Below, in pieces: positions 26,082 through 39,600 of a stretch of 64,000 nt of DNA (the stretch's first letter is position 1; the number at the start of each line of letters is the position of its first letter). Source of the DNA: Eledone cirrhosa (Eukaryota); the NCBI GenBank assembly GCA_964016885.1, contig OZ024742.1, positions 14,198,001 through 14,262,000 on the forward strand. Direction: 5' to 3'. The notes beneath the pieces were generated by a model. The model worked only from the letters and a program-made list of their open reading frames with translations, had not been told where the DNA came from and made no database searches. The position numbers were made by a program, and so were the translations under genes.

Positions 26082-26528
26082 TTTTCAGTACTTCCCCTTG
26101 TTTCCCCTATTAGACCGTACCTATGCTGGAGTACCACTTTTCAGTACTTCCCCTTGTTTCCCCTATTAGACCGTACCTATGCTGGAGTACCACTTTTCAG
26201 TACTTCCCCTTGTTTCCCCTATTAGACCGTACCTATGCTGGAGTACCACTTTTCAGTACTTCCCCTTGTTTCCCCTATTAGACCGTGTCCGTGCTGGAGT
26301 ACCACTTTTCAGTACTTCCCCTTGTTTCCCCTATTAGACCGTACCTATGCTGGAGTACCACTTTTCAGTACTTCCCCTTGTTTCCCCTATTAGACCGTAC
26401 CTATGCTGGAGTACCACTTTTCAGTACTTCCCCTTGTTTCCCCTATTAGACCATACCTATGCTGGAGTACCACTTTTCAGTACTTCCCCTTGTTTCCCAT
26501 ATTAGACCGTGTCCGTGCTGGAGTACCA
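26082..26528 (+). repeat. 56-bp minisatellite, 8 copies, just downstream of the first coding exon
   Basis: Unit cttttcagtacttccccttgtttcccctattagaccgtacctatgctggagtacca. Confidence 0.92.
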
Positions 26529-26808
26529 GTTTCACTCTAAGATAATTTAAACTAGATATTTTTATGTTCTCGTCATTATTTCTGTGGTTATTACATTCTG
26601 AGATCAAATCCTGCTGAGGTTAGCTTTGCTTTTCATCCTTACGGGGTCAATAAAATAAAGTACCAGTAATGCACTGGGATTGTTTTAATTGACTTTCCCC
26701 CTCCCCCAAAATTGTTGGCCTTGTGACTAAATCAGAAACCATTATTATTATTACTGTAATAATATATTACATCAGGTATTTCTACCTCCTTAAATACTGC
26801 TGTACATA

Positions 26809-26850
<42 letters not shown>

Positions 26851-28263
26851 ATTGATATTATTATTATCAATTAAATAGATCTAATACGAAAGGCAAATCC
26901 TGATGAAGTTAGCGTTGCCTTTCACCCTTATGGGGTCGATAAAATAATGTACCAGTGTCTAAACTAGAAACTGTTGTTTCTGTTGTCTGAAGGATTCTCA
27001 CTTTTTCAAAAGGTTATCGTTTTGAATTTTTACAAAATATTTTATGGTTTTATGGTCAGCTTGTTCAGGATCTCTGAGTCTTGTGAGAAAAAGTAATTGT
27101 CAAACCATAGACCTGGTGGGGGTGCTAAACTGGACAACAGAGTGAACTCTGTTAAAGATACCCAAGGGCTACGTGGTTTGGTGTTAAACTGGGTGATGTA
27201 TTAAGTCTACCACTCTAGTGAAGTCTGCTAAACATACACAAGGACCAGGTGGTAGTAATGTTAAACTGGGTGATGGATTAAGTCTATGTCTGATAAAAAA
27301 ACCTGTTGACTACTTTACTTAAAGTAATATATGCTTTGGTTGAGTACTACCCTGATTTATGGTCTTCCAGTTCTTTGAACCATTAACACCTCATATACCT
27401 TTGATTAGGTATAAACTGTCTCATGAGGTATAAGCTATAGCCATAAAAAGGGGCTCCCTCCATTTTCATTTGTTATCAATGTTTTCCAGGGGTTAGTAAC
27501 AACATATGCATCAAATACTAACCTCGTCTTCCAGGTGTTTGAACCAATAATATCCAGATGAACTTTCATTAAGTAGAAACTGTTTGATTAGCTATAAGCT
27601 ATAACCCCAACAAGGAACTCTCTCCGTTTTGACTTCCTTAGGTTTCCCAGGAGTTAGTAACAACATGTAGCAAGTAATACCCTGTTTTTTTAGGTCTTTG
27701 CACCAATAATACCCTGATGGACTTTTATTAGGTAGAAACTATTTAGGGGAACTTTTTACCTAAATCACTGAATTACTGAAACGGTGAGAAATGTCAATAA
27801 TAAATCCTTTGTATGGTTTCTAAATTTGGAACATATTTTACGTATGTGTAATGTTTGTTAATGTTTAAATATACAATATTCTTATCTTGCGTCTAACCTT
27901 TGATCATAATAACATATCTCCTGACCTTGAGTGTGTTCAGGCATATGTGTCTACAATGGTTTTCTGTCTCTAACTACATTGACAATATTTCACCCACGTC
28001 TACAGAGATACTGGAGTTGTTCATTTAGAACTTTTCAACTTTGATAATCAAAGTTGCGTTGTCTCTCCCTAATATAACTCACTTTGTTGCTGAGTCTCAC
28101 TCCACTGAGTAACACTTTGAGTATCTCTTGCTAATAAAACTCATATATATATATATATATATATGTAGGAGGTGAGTTTTATTGTAGTACAATAAAGCAA
28201 TGCAGATATCGGATAAGAAGCACTCTACAGTTTGTAGGACTGGAGTATACATAATATAACCTG

Positions 28264-28295
<32 letters not shown>

Positions 28296-28296
28296 T

Positions 28297-28644
28297 CATC
28301 ATCATCATCATCATCATTTCATTTTACGTCCACTTTTCCCTGCTTGCAAGGGTGGGACGGGAACTGATTCTGGCTTGATTTCTACAGCTGGATGCCCTTC
28401 CTAACACCAACCTCATTTACAGTGAGTGCTGGGTGCTTTTTTGCCGTGGCACCTGCACGACCACTTTGCAGTGGAATGATATGGACCCCAGTCCCTATCA
28501 TCTCATTTCTACAGCTGAGTAAACTGGAGCAATGTGAAATAAAGTGTCTTGTTCAAGGAAACAACACATCACCCGGTCTGAGAATTGAACTCACAACCTT
28601 TCGATTGCAAGGCCAATGCTCTAACCACTAAGCCATGTGCCTCC
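28297..28644 (-). mobile_element. Full-length tRNA-derived SINE with RTE-type tail, flanked by (TA)n on both sides
   Basis: A and B boxes, TGC anticodon-like loop, central block, LINE-shared 3' module and (TGA)n tail. Confidence 0.9.
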
Positions 28645-28780
28645 ATATATATATATAAACTGGTATAAGCACCTGAAAATAATTTTGATCTCTCTTACAT
28701 TCGGGAGATATGGACAATATTGGGCCTTGAAACCTTGGGTAGCACTTTGTTCCGTGTATGAACATAAATAACATAATATA

Positions 28781-28819
<39 letters not shown>

Positions 28820-29613
28820 AGCTAAGGGTGTAGATATTGTCCCCTCCCTATTTTCTGTTTGTAAATATCTACAATTGAATACAAATAAATTACTTATCAA
28901 GTAGTACTGTCTTAATTATGTCTGGTTTGTTAAGTATTAGACTAAATAATTGTTTCTACTTTTGGCACAAGGCCAGCAATTACCCAGTACATTACTGGTA
29001 CTTTATTTTATCGACCCCGTAAGGATGAAAGGCAAAGTTAACCTCGGCGGGATTTGAACTCAGAGCGTAAAGAGACGTAACTATGTTGGAAAGCATGTCC
29101 GACCCTCTACCGATACTGCCATAGTCTCTGTCTTCCATATATTTTGTGTGGTTAACTTAGTCTAACATCAACCACTAACCAAGCTCACATGTGTTTTTTC
29201 TGTTATCACTAAGTGTTATTCACTGTTCTCTGACACTTACTACTACTACTACAACCACTACTACTGTTCTTAGATGTCCTTAAATACACTCTTATTTTTA
29301 TTTGTTCTTGCACTCTACTTCCGCCCACCGCCTCCTCAGCCTCCTCCACCACCTACATCAGCTAGAATGCTTTGTGGTATTTGTCCTGGCTCTGGGTTCA
29401 AATCCCGCTGAGGTCAACTTTGCCGTTCATCTTTTCAAGTTCAATAAAAGAAAAAAAATGGTGAACTTTCAGAGTCGTTATGATGTCAGAATACTTTGTG
29501 GTACTTGTTTCAGATCTCTGACTTCAAATCCTGCCGAGGTCAACTTTGTTTTCATCCTTATGAGGTTGATAAAAAAAGTACCAGTTCATTGGGGTTGATT
29601 CTTCCTCTATGTC

Positions 29614-29659
<46 letters not shown>

Positions 29660-29714
29660 AAAGTAAAGTAATTAAGTCAAATATTTAAAATTTGGCTTCG
29701 TTTATTAAAGATGT

Positions 29715-29769
29715 ACTGCTATATATATTTTGGTGACAGCCATCATTGGCTGTGACCTCTTCAGGCAGT
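29715..29769 (-). ncRNA. Minimal type I hammerhead ribozyme motif, GAAA mutated to AAAA
   Basis: ACUGC-CUGAAGA-GGUcACAGCCA-auga-UGGCUGUcACC-AAAA-UAUAUAUA-GCAGU: perfect helix I, long helix II, palindromic helix III. Confidence 0.8.
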
Positions 29770-30177
29770 CCGAATTGGTGTGGTAGAGACAGGTACACAT
29801 GTTGTTAAAGTGTTTTACTCCGATATGTCCATGCAAACATAAACATTATATTATAATATATGTATGATAAACTATATAACTTTGCTATATTAACCAATAT
29901 TCTGAAAACATTTTCAATGTTAGAACAAAATATTTGAATCTACAAATTGTTCTCCTCTTACAACTTGAACTATGTGTTTTTTATGTAAAATGCAAAATCA
30001 ACATCCTTCGTAACTCGTATTAGAAATATATACAACTAATAATTGTAAATTATTTCTATTTCTATAATACTTATACATGCACAATTATTAATCTATATAG
30101 ATAGTTATATACTTCCAACCCATTGTAATGTAATAAGATAAAATCTACTTACAACCATAATTCTTCATATAATCTAA

Positions 30178-30950
30178 TCTATATATATAAAACTGAGGAT
30201 GTCTGTCTGTGTGAATTTGAATCCCTAAAACTCGAGAACCACCCAACCGACTGTTTTCAAACTTTACACATGTAATACTTACGTTTCATGGTGTGTTTCG
30301 AATTTTCAATGCCCTAGGGACCGCATTAGGCGATTTAGCGATCTCTCTCTATAATTCTTAGTCTTTCTCTTTTTAGATAGATACATACATATAACGTTGT
30401 GCCTTTATAATATATGTCTGTATGTATGTCTGCATTACGTCACTTCCCTGAGGATGTCTGTCTGTGTGTGTCTGTGAGTTTGAATCCCTAAAACTCGAGA
30501 GGTACCCAACCGACTTTTTTCAAACTTTACATGTGTATTACTTATGTTTCAGGGAGTGTTATGCGCATAAAAAAATTCAACTTTTTGATCCCTTCGGGCC
30601 CGCATTAGTTGCAAAACTGCGTTTTTTCAGGTTTTTAGGGTTTTTTTAAGTCGTTACATCAGACTGATTTCCTTGAAATTGTAACAATGTATTAGTCAGT
30701 CTTTTCTTCATACCGTGAGCAAAGAAAATCCAACTTTTTTATGGTCTAGGGCCCGCATTAGATGAAAAACTTCATTTTTTCAGCTTTTTAAGGCTTTTTT
30801 GAGGTGTTATATCTAGCCGATTTTCCTGAAATTTCAAGGCATATTATGCACATAAAAAAAATTGATTTTCTTGATCCCCTAGGGCCCACAGTAGGTGAAA
30901 ACCTGCATTTTTCCTGCTTCATCAAGGAAAATCTTAAAGATTATCCAGCG
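30178..30950 (+). mobile_element. 5' part of a non-autonomous Helitron-like element
   Basis: A|TCTATATATATAAAA start followed by a (TGTC)n tract, typical of non-autonomous Helitron 5' ends. The 5' block is duplicated at 30448-30560 and runs directly into the satellite. Confidence 0.55.
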
Positions 30951-33900
30951 AGGGTTTCTCTTAGTAGCTTTTTCATGTCGTTAATATTATGATGTTCCCT
31001 GCTGTATTAGCGTTAAATTTTCCCTGCTGTATTAGCGATAAATTTTCGAGGGTTTCTCTTAGTAGCTTTTTTCATGACGTTATTATTGTTAATTTTACTG
31101 ATGTAGTATTAACTTATTAACTTGGATATTTACCATGCGGTATTCTAATCCTATTGTATCTCTCTCAGTTATTTACCATGTGACCCTCAGTTCCTACCCC
31201 CCCCCCCCCCCTCTATGCACTTCTTTAAGGCTTACTACCCTGTCTTTAACCTAATTCATTCAATCTGAAAATATTGAAGAGATAAGACACTTTGCCATTC
31301 TTCTCTGCTAAAATGTACCACTGAGCTGATTCAAATTTTCCCAGCCAGCCATCCACCTAATCTACGAAGGTATTTTAGCCTACATATTGTCGTTAATATT
31401 ATGATGTTCCCTGCTGTATTAGCGTTAAATTTTCCCTGCTGTATTAGCGATAAATTTTCGAGGGTTTCTCTTAGTAGCTTTTTCATGTCGTTAATATTAT
31501 GATGTTCCCTGCTGTATTAGCGTTAAATTTTCCCTGCTGTATTAGCGATAAATTTTCGAGGGTTTCTCTTAGTAGCTTTTTCATGTCGTTAATATTATGA
31601 TGTTCCCTGCTGTATTAGCGTTAAATTTTCCCTGCTGTATTAGCGATAAATTTTCGAGGGTTTCTCTTAGTAGCTTTTTTCATGACGTTATTATTGTTAA
31701 TTTTACTGATGTAGTATTAACTTATTAACTTGGATATTTACCATGCGGTATTCTAATCCTATTGTATCTCTCTCAGTTATTTACCATGTGACCCTCAGTT
31801 CCTACCCCCCCCCCCTCTATGCACTTCTTTAAGGCTTACTACCCTGTCTTTAACCTAATTCATTCAATCTGAAAATATTGAAGAGATAAGACACTTTGCC
31901 ATTCTTCTCTGCTAAAATGTACCACTGAGCTGATTCAAATTTTCCCAGCCAGCCATCCACCTAATCTACGAAGGTATTTTAGCCTACATATTGTCGTTAA
32001 TATTATGATGTTCCCTGCTGTATTAGCGTTAAATTTTCCCTGCTGTATTAGCGATAAATTTTCGAGGGTTTCTCTTAGTAGCTTTTTCATGTCGTTAATA
32101 TTATGATGTTCCCTGCTGTATTAGCGTTAAATTTTCCCTGCTGTATTAGCGATAAATTTTCGAGGGTTTCTCTTAGTAGCTTTTTCATGTCGTTAATATT
32201 ATGATGTTCCCTGCTGTATTAGCGTTAAATTTTCCCTGCTGTATTAGCGATAAATTTTCGAGGGTTTCTCTTAGTAGCTTTTTCATGTCGTTAATATTAT
32301 GATGTTCCCTGCTGTATTAGCGTTAAATTTTCCCTGCTGTATTAGCGATAAATTTTCGAGGGTTTCTCTTAGTAGCTTTTTTCATGACGTTATTATTGTT
32401 AATTTTACTGATGTAGTATTAACTTATTAACTTGGATATTTACCATGCGGTATTCTAATCCTATTGTATCTCTCTCAGTTATTTACCATGTGACCCTCAG
32501 TTCCTACCCCCCCCCCTCTATGCACTTCTTTAAGGCTTACTACCCTGTCTTTAACCTAATTCATTCAATCTGAAAATATTGAAGAGATAAGACACTTTGC
32601 CATTCTTCTCTGCTAAAATGTACCACTGAGCTGATTCAAATTTTCCCAGCCAGCCATCCACCTAATCTACGAAGGTATTTTAGCCTACATATTGTCGTTA
32701 ATATTATGATGTTCCCTGCTGTATTAGCGTTAAATTTTCCCTGCTGTATTAGCGATAAATTTTCGAGGGTTTCTCTTAGTAGCTTTTTCATGTCGTTAAT
32801 ATTATGATGTTCCCTGCTGTATTAGCGTTAAATTTTCCCTGCTGTATTAGCGATAAATTTTCGAGGGTTTCTCTTAGTAGCTTTTTCATGTCGTTAATAT
32901 TATGATGTTCCCTGCTGTATTAGCGTTAAATTTTCCCTGCTGTATTAGCGATAAATTTTCGAGGGTTTCTCTTAGTAGCTTTTTCATGTCGTTAATATTA
33001 TGATGTTCCCTGCTGTATTAGCGTTAAATTTTCCCTGCTGTATTAGCGATAAATTTTCGAGGGTTTCTCTTAGTAGCTTTTTTCATGACGTTATTATTGT
33101 TAATTTTACTGATGTAGTATTAACTTATTAACTTGGATATTTACCATGCGGTATTCTAATCCTATTGTATCTCTCTCAGTTATTTACCATGTGACCCTCA
33201 GTTCCTACCCCCCCCCCCCTCTATGCACTTCTTTAAGGCTTACTACCCTGTCTTTAACCTAATTCATTCAATCTGAAAATATTGAAGAGATAAGACACTT
33301 TGCCATTCTTCTCTGCTAAAATGTACCACTGAGCTGATTCAAATTTTCCCAGCCAGCCATCCACCTAATCTACGAAGGTATTTTAGCCTACATATTGTCG
33401 TTAATATTATGATGTTCCCTGCTGTATTAGCGTTAAATTTTCCCTGCTGTATTAGCGATAAATTTTCGAGGGTTTCTCTTAGTAGCTTTTTCATGTCGTT
33501 AATATTATGATGTTCCCTGCTGTATTAGCGTTAAATTTTCCCTGCTGTATTAGCGATAAATTTTCGAGGGTTTCTCTTAGTAGCTTTTTCATGTCGTTAA
33601 TATTATGATGTTCCCTGCTGTATTAGCGTTAAATTTTCCCTGCTGTATTAGCGATAAATTTTCGAGGGTTTCTCTTAGTAGCTTTTTCATGTCGTTAATA
33701 TTATGATGTTCCCTGCTGTATTAGCGTTAAATTTTCCCTGCTGTATTAGCGATAAATTTTCGAGGGTTTCTCTTAGTAGCTTTTTTCATGACGTTATTAT
33801 TGTTAATTTTACTGATGTAGTATTAACTTATTAACTTGGATATTTACCATGCGGTATTCTAATCCTATTGTATCTCTCTCAGTTATTTACCATGTGACCC

Positions 33901-36680
33901 TCAGTTCCTACCCCCCCCCCCCCTCTATGCACTTCTTTAAGGCTTACTACCCTGTCTTTAACCTAATTCATTCAATCTGAAAATATTGAAGAGATAAGAC
34001 ACTTTGCCATTCTTCTCTGCTAAAATGTACCACTGAGCTGATTCAAATTTTCCCAGCCAGCCATCCACCTAATCTACGAAGGTATTTTAGCCTACATATT
34101 GTCGTTAATATTATGATGTTCCCTGCTGTATTAGCGTTAAATTTTCCCTGCTGTATTAGCGATAAATTTTCGAGGGTTTCTCTTAGTAGCTTTTTCATGT
34201 CGTTAATATTATGATGTTCCCTGCTGTATTAGCGTTAAATTTTCCCTGCTGTATTAGCGATAAATTTTCGAGGGTTTCTCTTAGTAGCTTTTTCATGTCG
34301 TTAATATTATGATGTTCCCTGCTGTATTAGCGTTAAATTTTCCCTGCTGTATTAGCGATAAATTTTCGAGGGTTTCTCTTAGTAGCTTTTTCATGTCGTT
34401 AATATTATGATGTTCCCTGCTGTATTAGCGTTAAATTTTCCCTGCTGTATTAGCGATAAATTTTCGAGGGTTTCTCTTAGTAGCTTTTTTCATGACGTTA
34501 TTATTGTTAATTTTACTGATGTAGTATTAACTTATTAACTTGGATATTTACCATGCGGTATTCTAATCCTATTGTATCTCTCTCAGTTATTTACCATGTG
34601 ACCCTCAGTTCCTACCCCCCCCCCCCCCCTCTATGCACTTCTTTAAGGCTTACTACCCTGTCTTTAACCTAATTCATTCAATCTGAAAATATTGAAGAGA
34701 TAAGACACTTTGCCATTCTTCTCTGCTAAAATGTACCACTGAGCTGATTCAAATTTTCCCAGCCAGCCATCCACCTAATCTACGAAGGTATTTTAGCCTA
34801 CATATTGTCGTTAATATTATGATGTTCCCTGCTGTATTAGCGTTAAATTTTCCCTGCTGTATTAGCGATAAATTTTCGAGGGTTTCTCTTAGTAGCTTTT
34901 TCATGTCGTTAATATTATGATGTTCCCTGCTGTATTAGCGTTAAATTTTCCCTGCTGTATTAGCGATAAATTTTCGAGGGTTTCTCTTAGTAGCTTTTTC
35001 ATGTCGTTAATATTATGATGTTCCCTGCTGTATTAGCGTTAAATTTTCCCTGCTGTATTAGCGATAAATTTTCGAGGGTTTCTCTTAGTAGCTTTTTCAT
35101 GTCGTTAATATTATGATGTTCCCTGCTGTATTAGCGTTAAATTTTCCCTGCTGTATTAGCGATAAATTTTCGAGGGTTTCTCTTAGTAGCTTTTTTCATG
35201 ACGTTATTATTGTTAATTTTACTGATGTAGTATTAACTTATTAACTTGGATATTTACCATGCGGTATTCTAATCCTATTGTATCTCTCTCAGGTATTTAC
35301 CATGTGACCCTCAGTTCCTACCCCCCCCCCCCTCTATGCACTTCTTTAAGGCTTACTACCCTGTCTTTAACCTAATTCATTCAATCTGAAAATATTGAAG
35401 AGATAAGACACTTTGCCATTCTTCTCTGCTAAAATGTACCACTGAGCTGATTCAAATTTTCCCAGCCAGCCATCCACCTAATCTACGAAGGTATTTTAGC
35501 CTACATATTGTCGTTAATATTATGATGTTCCCTGCTGTATTAGCGTTAAATTTTCCCTGCTGTATTAGCGATAAATTTTCGAGGGTTTCTCTTAGTAGCT
35601 TTTTCATGTCGTTAATATTATGATGTTCCCTGCTGTATTAGCGTTAAATTTTCCCTGCTGTATTAGCGATAAATTTTCGAGGGTTTCTCTTAGTAGCTTT
35701 TTCATGTCGTTAATATTATGATGTTCCCTGCTGTATTAGCGTTAAATTTTCCCTGCTGTATTAGCGATAAATTTTCGAGGGTTTCTCTTAGCAGCTTTTT
35801 CATGTCGTTAATATTATGATGTTCCCTGCTGTATTAGCGTTAAATTTTCCCTGCTGTATTAGCGATAAATTTTCGAGGGTTTCTCTTAGTAGCTTTTTTC
35901 ATGACGTTATTATTGTTAATTTTACTGATGTAGTATTAACTTATTAACTTGGATATTTACCATGCGGTATTCTAATCCTATTGTATCTCTCTCAGTTATT
36001 TACCATGTGACCCTCAGTTCCTACCCCCCCCCCCCCCCTCTATGCACTTCTTTAAGGCTTACTACCCTGTCTTTAACCTAATTCATTCAATCTGAAAATA
36101 TTGAAGAGATAAGACACTTTGCCATTCTTCTCTGCTAAAATGTACCACTGAGCTGATTCAAATTTTCCCAGCCAGCCATCCACCTAATCTACGAAGGTAT
36201 TTTAGCCTACATATTGTCGTTAATATTATGATGTTCCCTGCTGTATTAGCGTTAAATTTTCCCTGCTGTATTAGCGATAAATTTTCGAGGGTTTCTCTTA
36301 GTAGCTTTTTCATGTCGTTAATATTATGATGTTCCCTGCTGTATTAGCGTTAAATTTTCCCTGCTGTATTAGCGATAAATTTTCGAGGGTTTCTCTTAGT
36401 AGCTTTTTCATGTCGTTAATATTATGATGTTCCCTGCTGTATTAGCGTTAAATTTTCCCTGCTGTATTAGCGATAAATTTTCGAGGGTTTCTCTTAGTAG
36501 CTTTTTCATGTCGTTAATATTATGATGTTCCCTGCTGTATTAGCGTTAAATTTTCCCTGCTGTATTAGCGATAAATTTTCGAGGGTTTCTCTTAGTAGCT
36601 TTTTTCATGACGTTATTATTGTTAATTTTACTGATGTAGTATTAACTTGGATATTTACCATGCGACCCTCAGTTCCTACC
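30951..36680 (+). repeat. Nested satellite: ~703-bp higher-order units made of 98-bp monomers plus a ~310-bp spacer with poly-C
   Basis: Monomer period 98 (31484 to 31582). Spacer ends recur at ~31379, 31983, 32684, 33387, 34091, 34797, 35500 and 36206. Units are nearly identical except for poly-C length. Confidence 0.95.
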
Positions 36681-39600
36681 TCACAATTTCCCTCCCCCCC
36701 ACCCCCACACACCACCATAGTCTATTCGACCAATCAAACCTAGCATGCCATTTCCACTGCTGCTGCTGCTACTACCTGCCTAACTAACTCTCTCCTCCTC
36801 TGGCGCATCCCAACACACCCTGCCATTACCCCACCACCACTGTCCTTCTAGCCCTCAATTTTCCCACCGTTAGGGATGGATGAGCTGGGAATACACGAGC
36901 AACTCTGAATCAATAGATGAAATATGAATCTGCGAGCTACCAAGCACCCACGTGAAGCGCCAACCCAGAGACCCTCCCCTACGAGTGTCGACAAATGCCC
37001 AAAACTCCGAGTTGGTACCATCAATGTAGGCTCAATGAAAGGAAGAGCAGGAGAAATCGTAGAAATGCTAGAGCGAAAGGAAGTTGATGTATGCTGTGTG
37101 CAAGAGACTAGATGGAGAGGAGGGTCTGCTAGAGTCCTTGTAGGAAAAAGCCAGTGCTACAAATTTTTCTGGGTGGGAAATGACGATGGGATGGGTGGTG
37201 TAGGTATACTATTAGCTGACAAGTGGGTAGATAAAGTAATCTCAGTGTACAGGGTAAATGCAAGAATCATTAAACTCAGACTAGTCCTGAATAAGACAAT
37301 TACCACAATAATATCAGCTTACGCACCCCAATCGGGGCTGCCAGACGAACTTAAGGATAGGTTTTACGAGTCCCTAATACACACTACTGCTCTAACAGAC
37401 GACAAGGACTTCCTAATCATTGCAGGAGATTTTAACGGACACGTAGGTAAACACTGCGACGGCTTCAATAGAGTACATGGAGGCCATGGAGTTGGCACAA
37501 GGAATGAGGAAGGATTCAGACTTCTAGAATTCTGCGACGCCAATGACATGTCGATATGTAACACAAACTTTAAAAAACCCGACAACCACCTGATCACCTA
37601 TAGATCAGGGGAGCACTCTAGTCAGTTAGATTTTATCCTCATCAGAGGACGTGACAGATGGACGGTCGTAAACACAAAAGCCTTCCCTAGTGAGGAATGT
37701 ACATCCCAACATAGCTTAGTTGTCAGCGACCTCACGGTCAGAACTAGACGAGCCCTGAAACAGAGGCCAACCTGGAGAAGAAAGATCTGGAAGCTGAAAG
37801 TCCCCTCAACCAGTAACAGATTTAAAGATATTTTACTCAACGCCTACGACAGTAAAGAAGAACAGATAGAGACATTTAACGTAGAAGAGAACTGGGAGTT
37901 CCTAAAAAATAACTTACTAGAGGCGACGGATGAGGTTTGTGGCTGGAGTAAGACCTCAAGCAGGAGGAGAGTGACTTGGTGGTGGAACAATAAGGTAGAT
38001 GAAGCAGTCAAGGCCAAGAGACAGGCATGGAAAGAATGGAAGAACGGGGGGAGCAGGGTACATTACATAGAGACCAAGAGGGAAGCTAGGCGACAAGTAT
38101 ACTTAGCTAGGAGGGAAGCAGAGGATAGAAAATTCAAGCATGTTTTACAACGTGAGGACCAGAAACAGGAGGTATTCAAGATTGCGAGGCAGTGTGTCAG
38201 AGATAGTTGTGATGTCATTGGAGAGAAGTGTATCCGGAATGATAAAGGTGAGCTTGCCCTCACAAGTGCTGAGAAGAAAGATGCATGGAAGAGTCATTAT
38301 GATAGATTACTAAATGAGGAGAATGCATGGGAAGAAGAGACCCTACCCCACGTAGACCCTATAGAGGGACCAGCAGTACAAGTCAGCGGCAGCGTAGTAA
38401 GTAAGGCAATCAGAGATATGAAGATAGGGAAGGCAACCGGTCCATCGGGTATAGCTGCCGAGATGCTGAAGGCATCTGGGTCTGTAGGTCACACTATAAC
38501 CACACGTATCGTTAACCAGGTAATACTAGAGGGGGCCATACCAAAAGATTGGTGCAGTAGCATCATTGTCAACTGCTACAAAGGTAAAGGCGATGCACTA
38601 GATAGAGGAAACTATAGAGGTATAAAGTTGATGGACCAGGTCATGAAAGTAACAGAAAGAGTTATAGCACAGCTGATTAGGGACCGGGTGAATATAGACG
38701 AGATGCAATTTGGGTTTGTTCCAGGGAAAGGCACCACTGATGCGCTCTTCCTTGTGAGGCAATTACAGGAAAAGTACCTAGCTAAAAGTAAGCCACTCTA
38801 CTTGGCATTTGTCGACCTTGAGAAAGCCTTTGACAGAGTTCCACGTGCAGTAATCTGGTGGGCTCTTAGAAAACTAGGAGTAGATGAATGGCTTGTGAAA
38901 GCGGTACAAGCCATGTATAGGGGAGCAGTCAGCAAAGTTAGGATTGGCAATGAGTATAGCGAGGAATTTAGCGTACAGGTTGGGGTCCACCAGGGCTCTG
39001 TTCTTAGCCCTCTCCTGTTCATCATAGTCCTGCAGGCAATAACGGAGGAGTTTAAGACCGGATGCCCATGGGAACTCCTGTATGCTGATGACCTCGCACT
39101 CATAGCTGAATCTATGGTAGAACTAGAGAATAAATTCCAAACCTGGAAGCAGGGACTAGAGAGAAAGGGCCTCAAAGTCAACATGACAAAGACTAAGGTC
39201 CTTATAAGTAGACGAGAAAACAGAACCCAGATCCCCTCAGGGAAATGGCCTTGCTCAGTATGTAGGAAAGGTGTAGGTAGGAACTCCATTCTTTGCCCCA
39301 AATGCAAACAATGGGTACACAAGAGATGTAGCGGGATCTCAGGAAGCTTAATTAAGAATGTAGGATTCACATGCAGCAGCTGTGCTGAAACAGCAAGCAA
39401 ACAGCCACAGGAAACAAGTACCACCAATCTCTGGGAGGGCCCTGTAGAAACAGTAGACAGCTTCTGCTACCTAGGTGACCGAATTAGCAACGGAGGTGGG
39501 TGCTCAGAAAGTACAATAACTAGGGTAAGAACGGGATGGAAGAAGTTTAGGGAACTACTACCACTGCTAGCTGCAAAAGGCTTCTCCCTCAGAATGAAAG

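Noticed and set aside
28570-28644. tRNA-Ala gene
   Set aside because: The tRNA-like part is a SINE head with no proper acceptor stem and continues into the SINE body; a second copy is at 12510-12585.
30951-36680. CRISPR-like repeat/spacer array
   Set aside because: The spacers are identical, the context is eukaryotic and there are no cas genes. It is a satellite.
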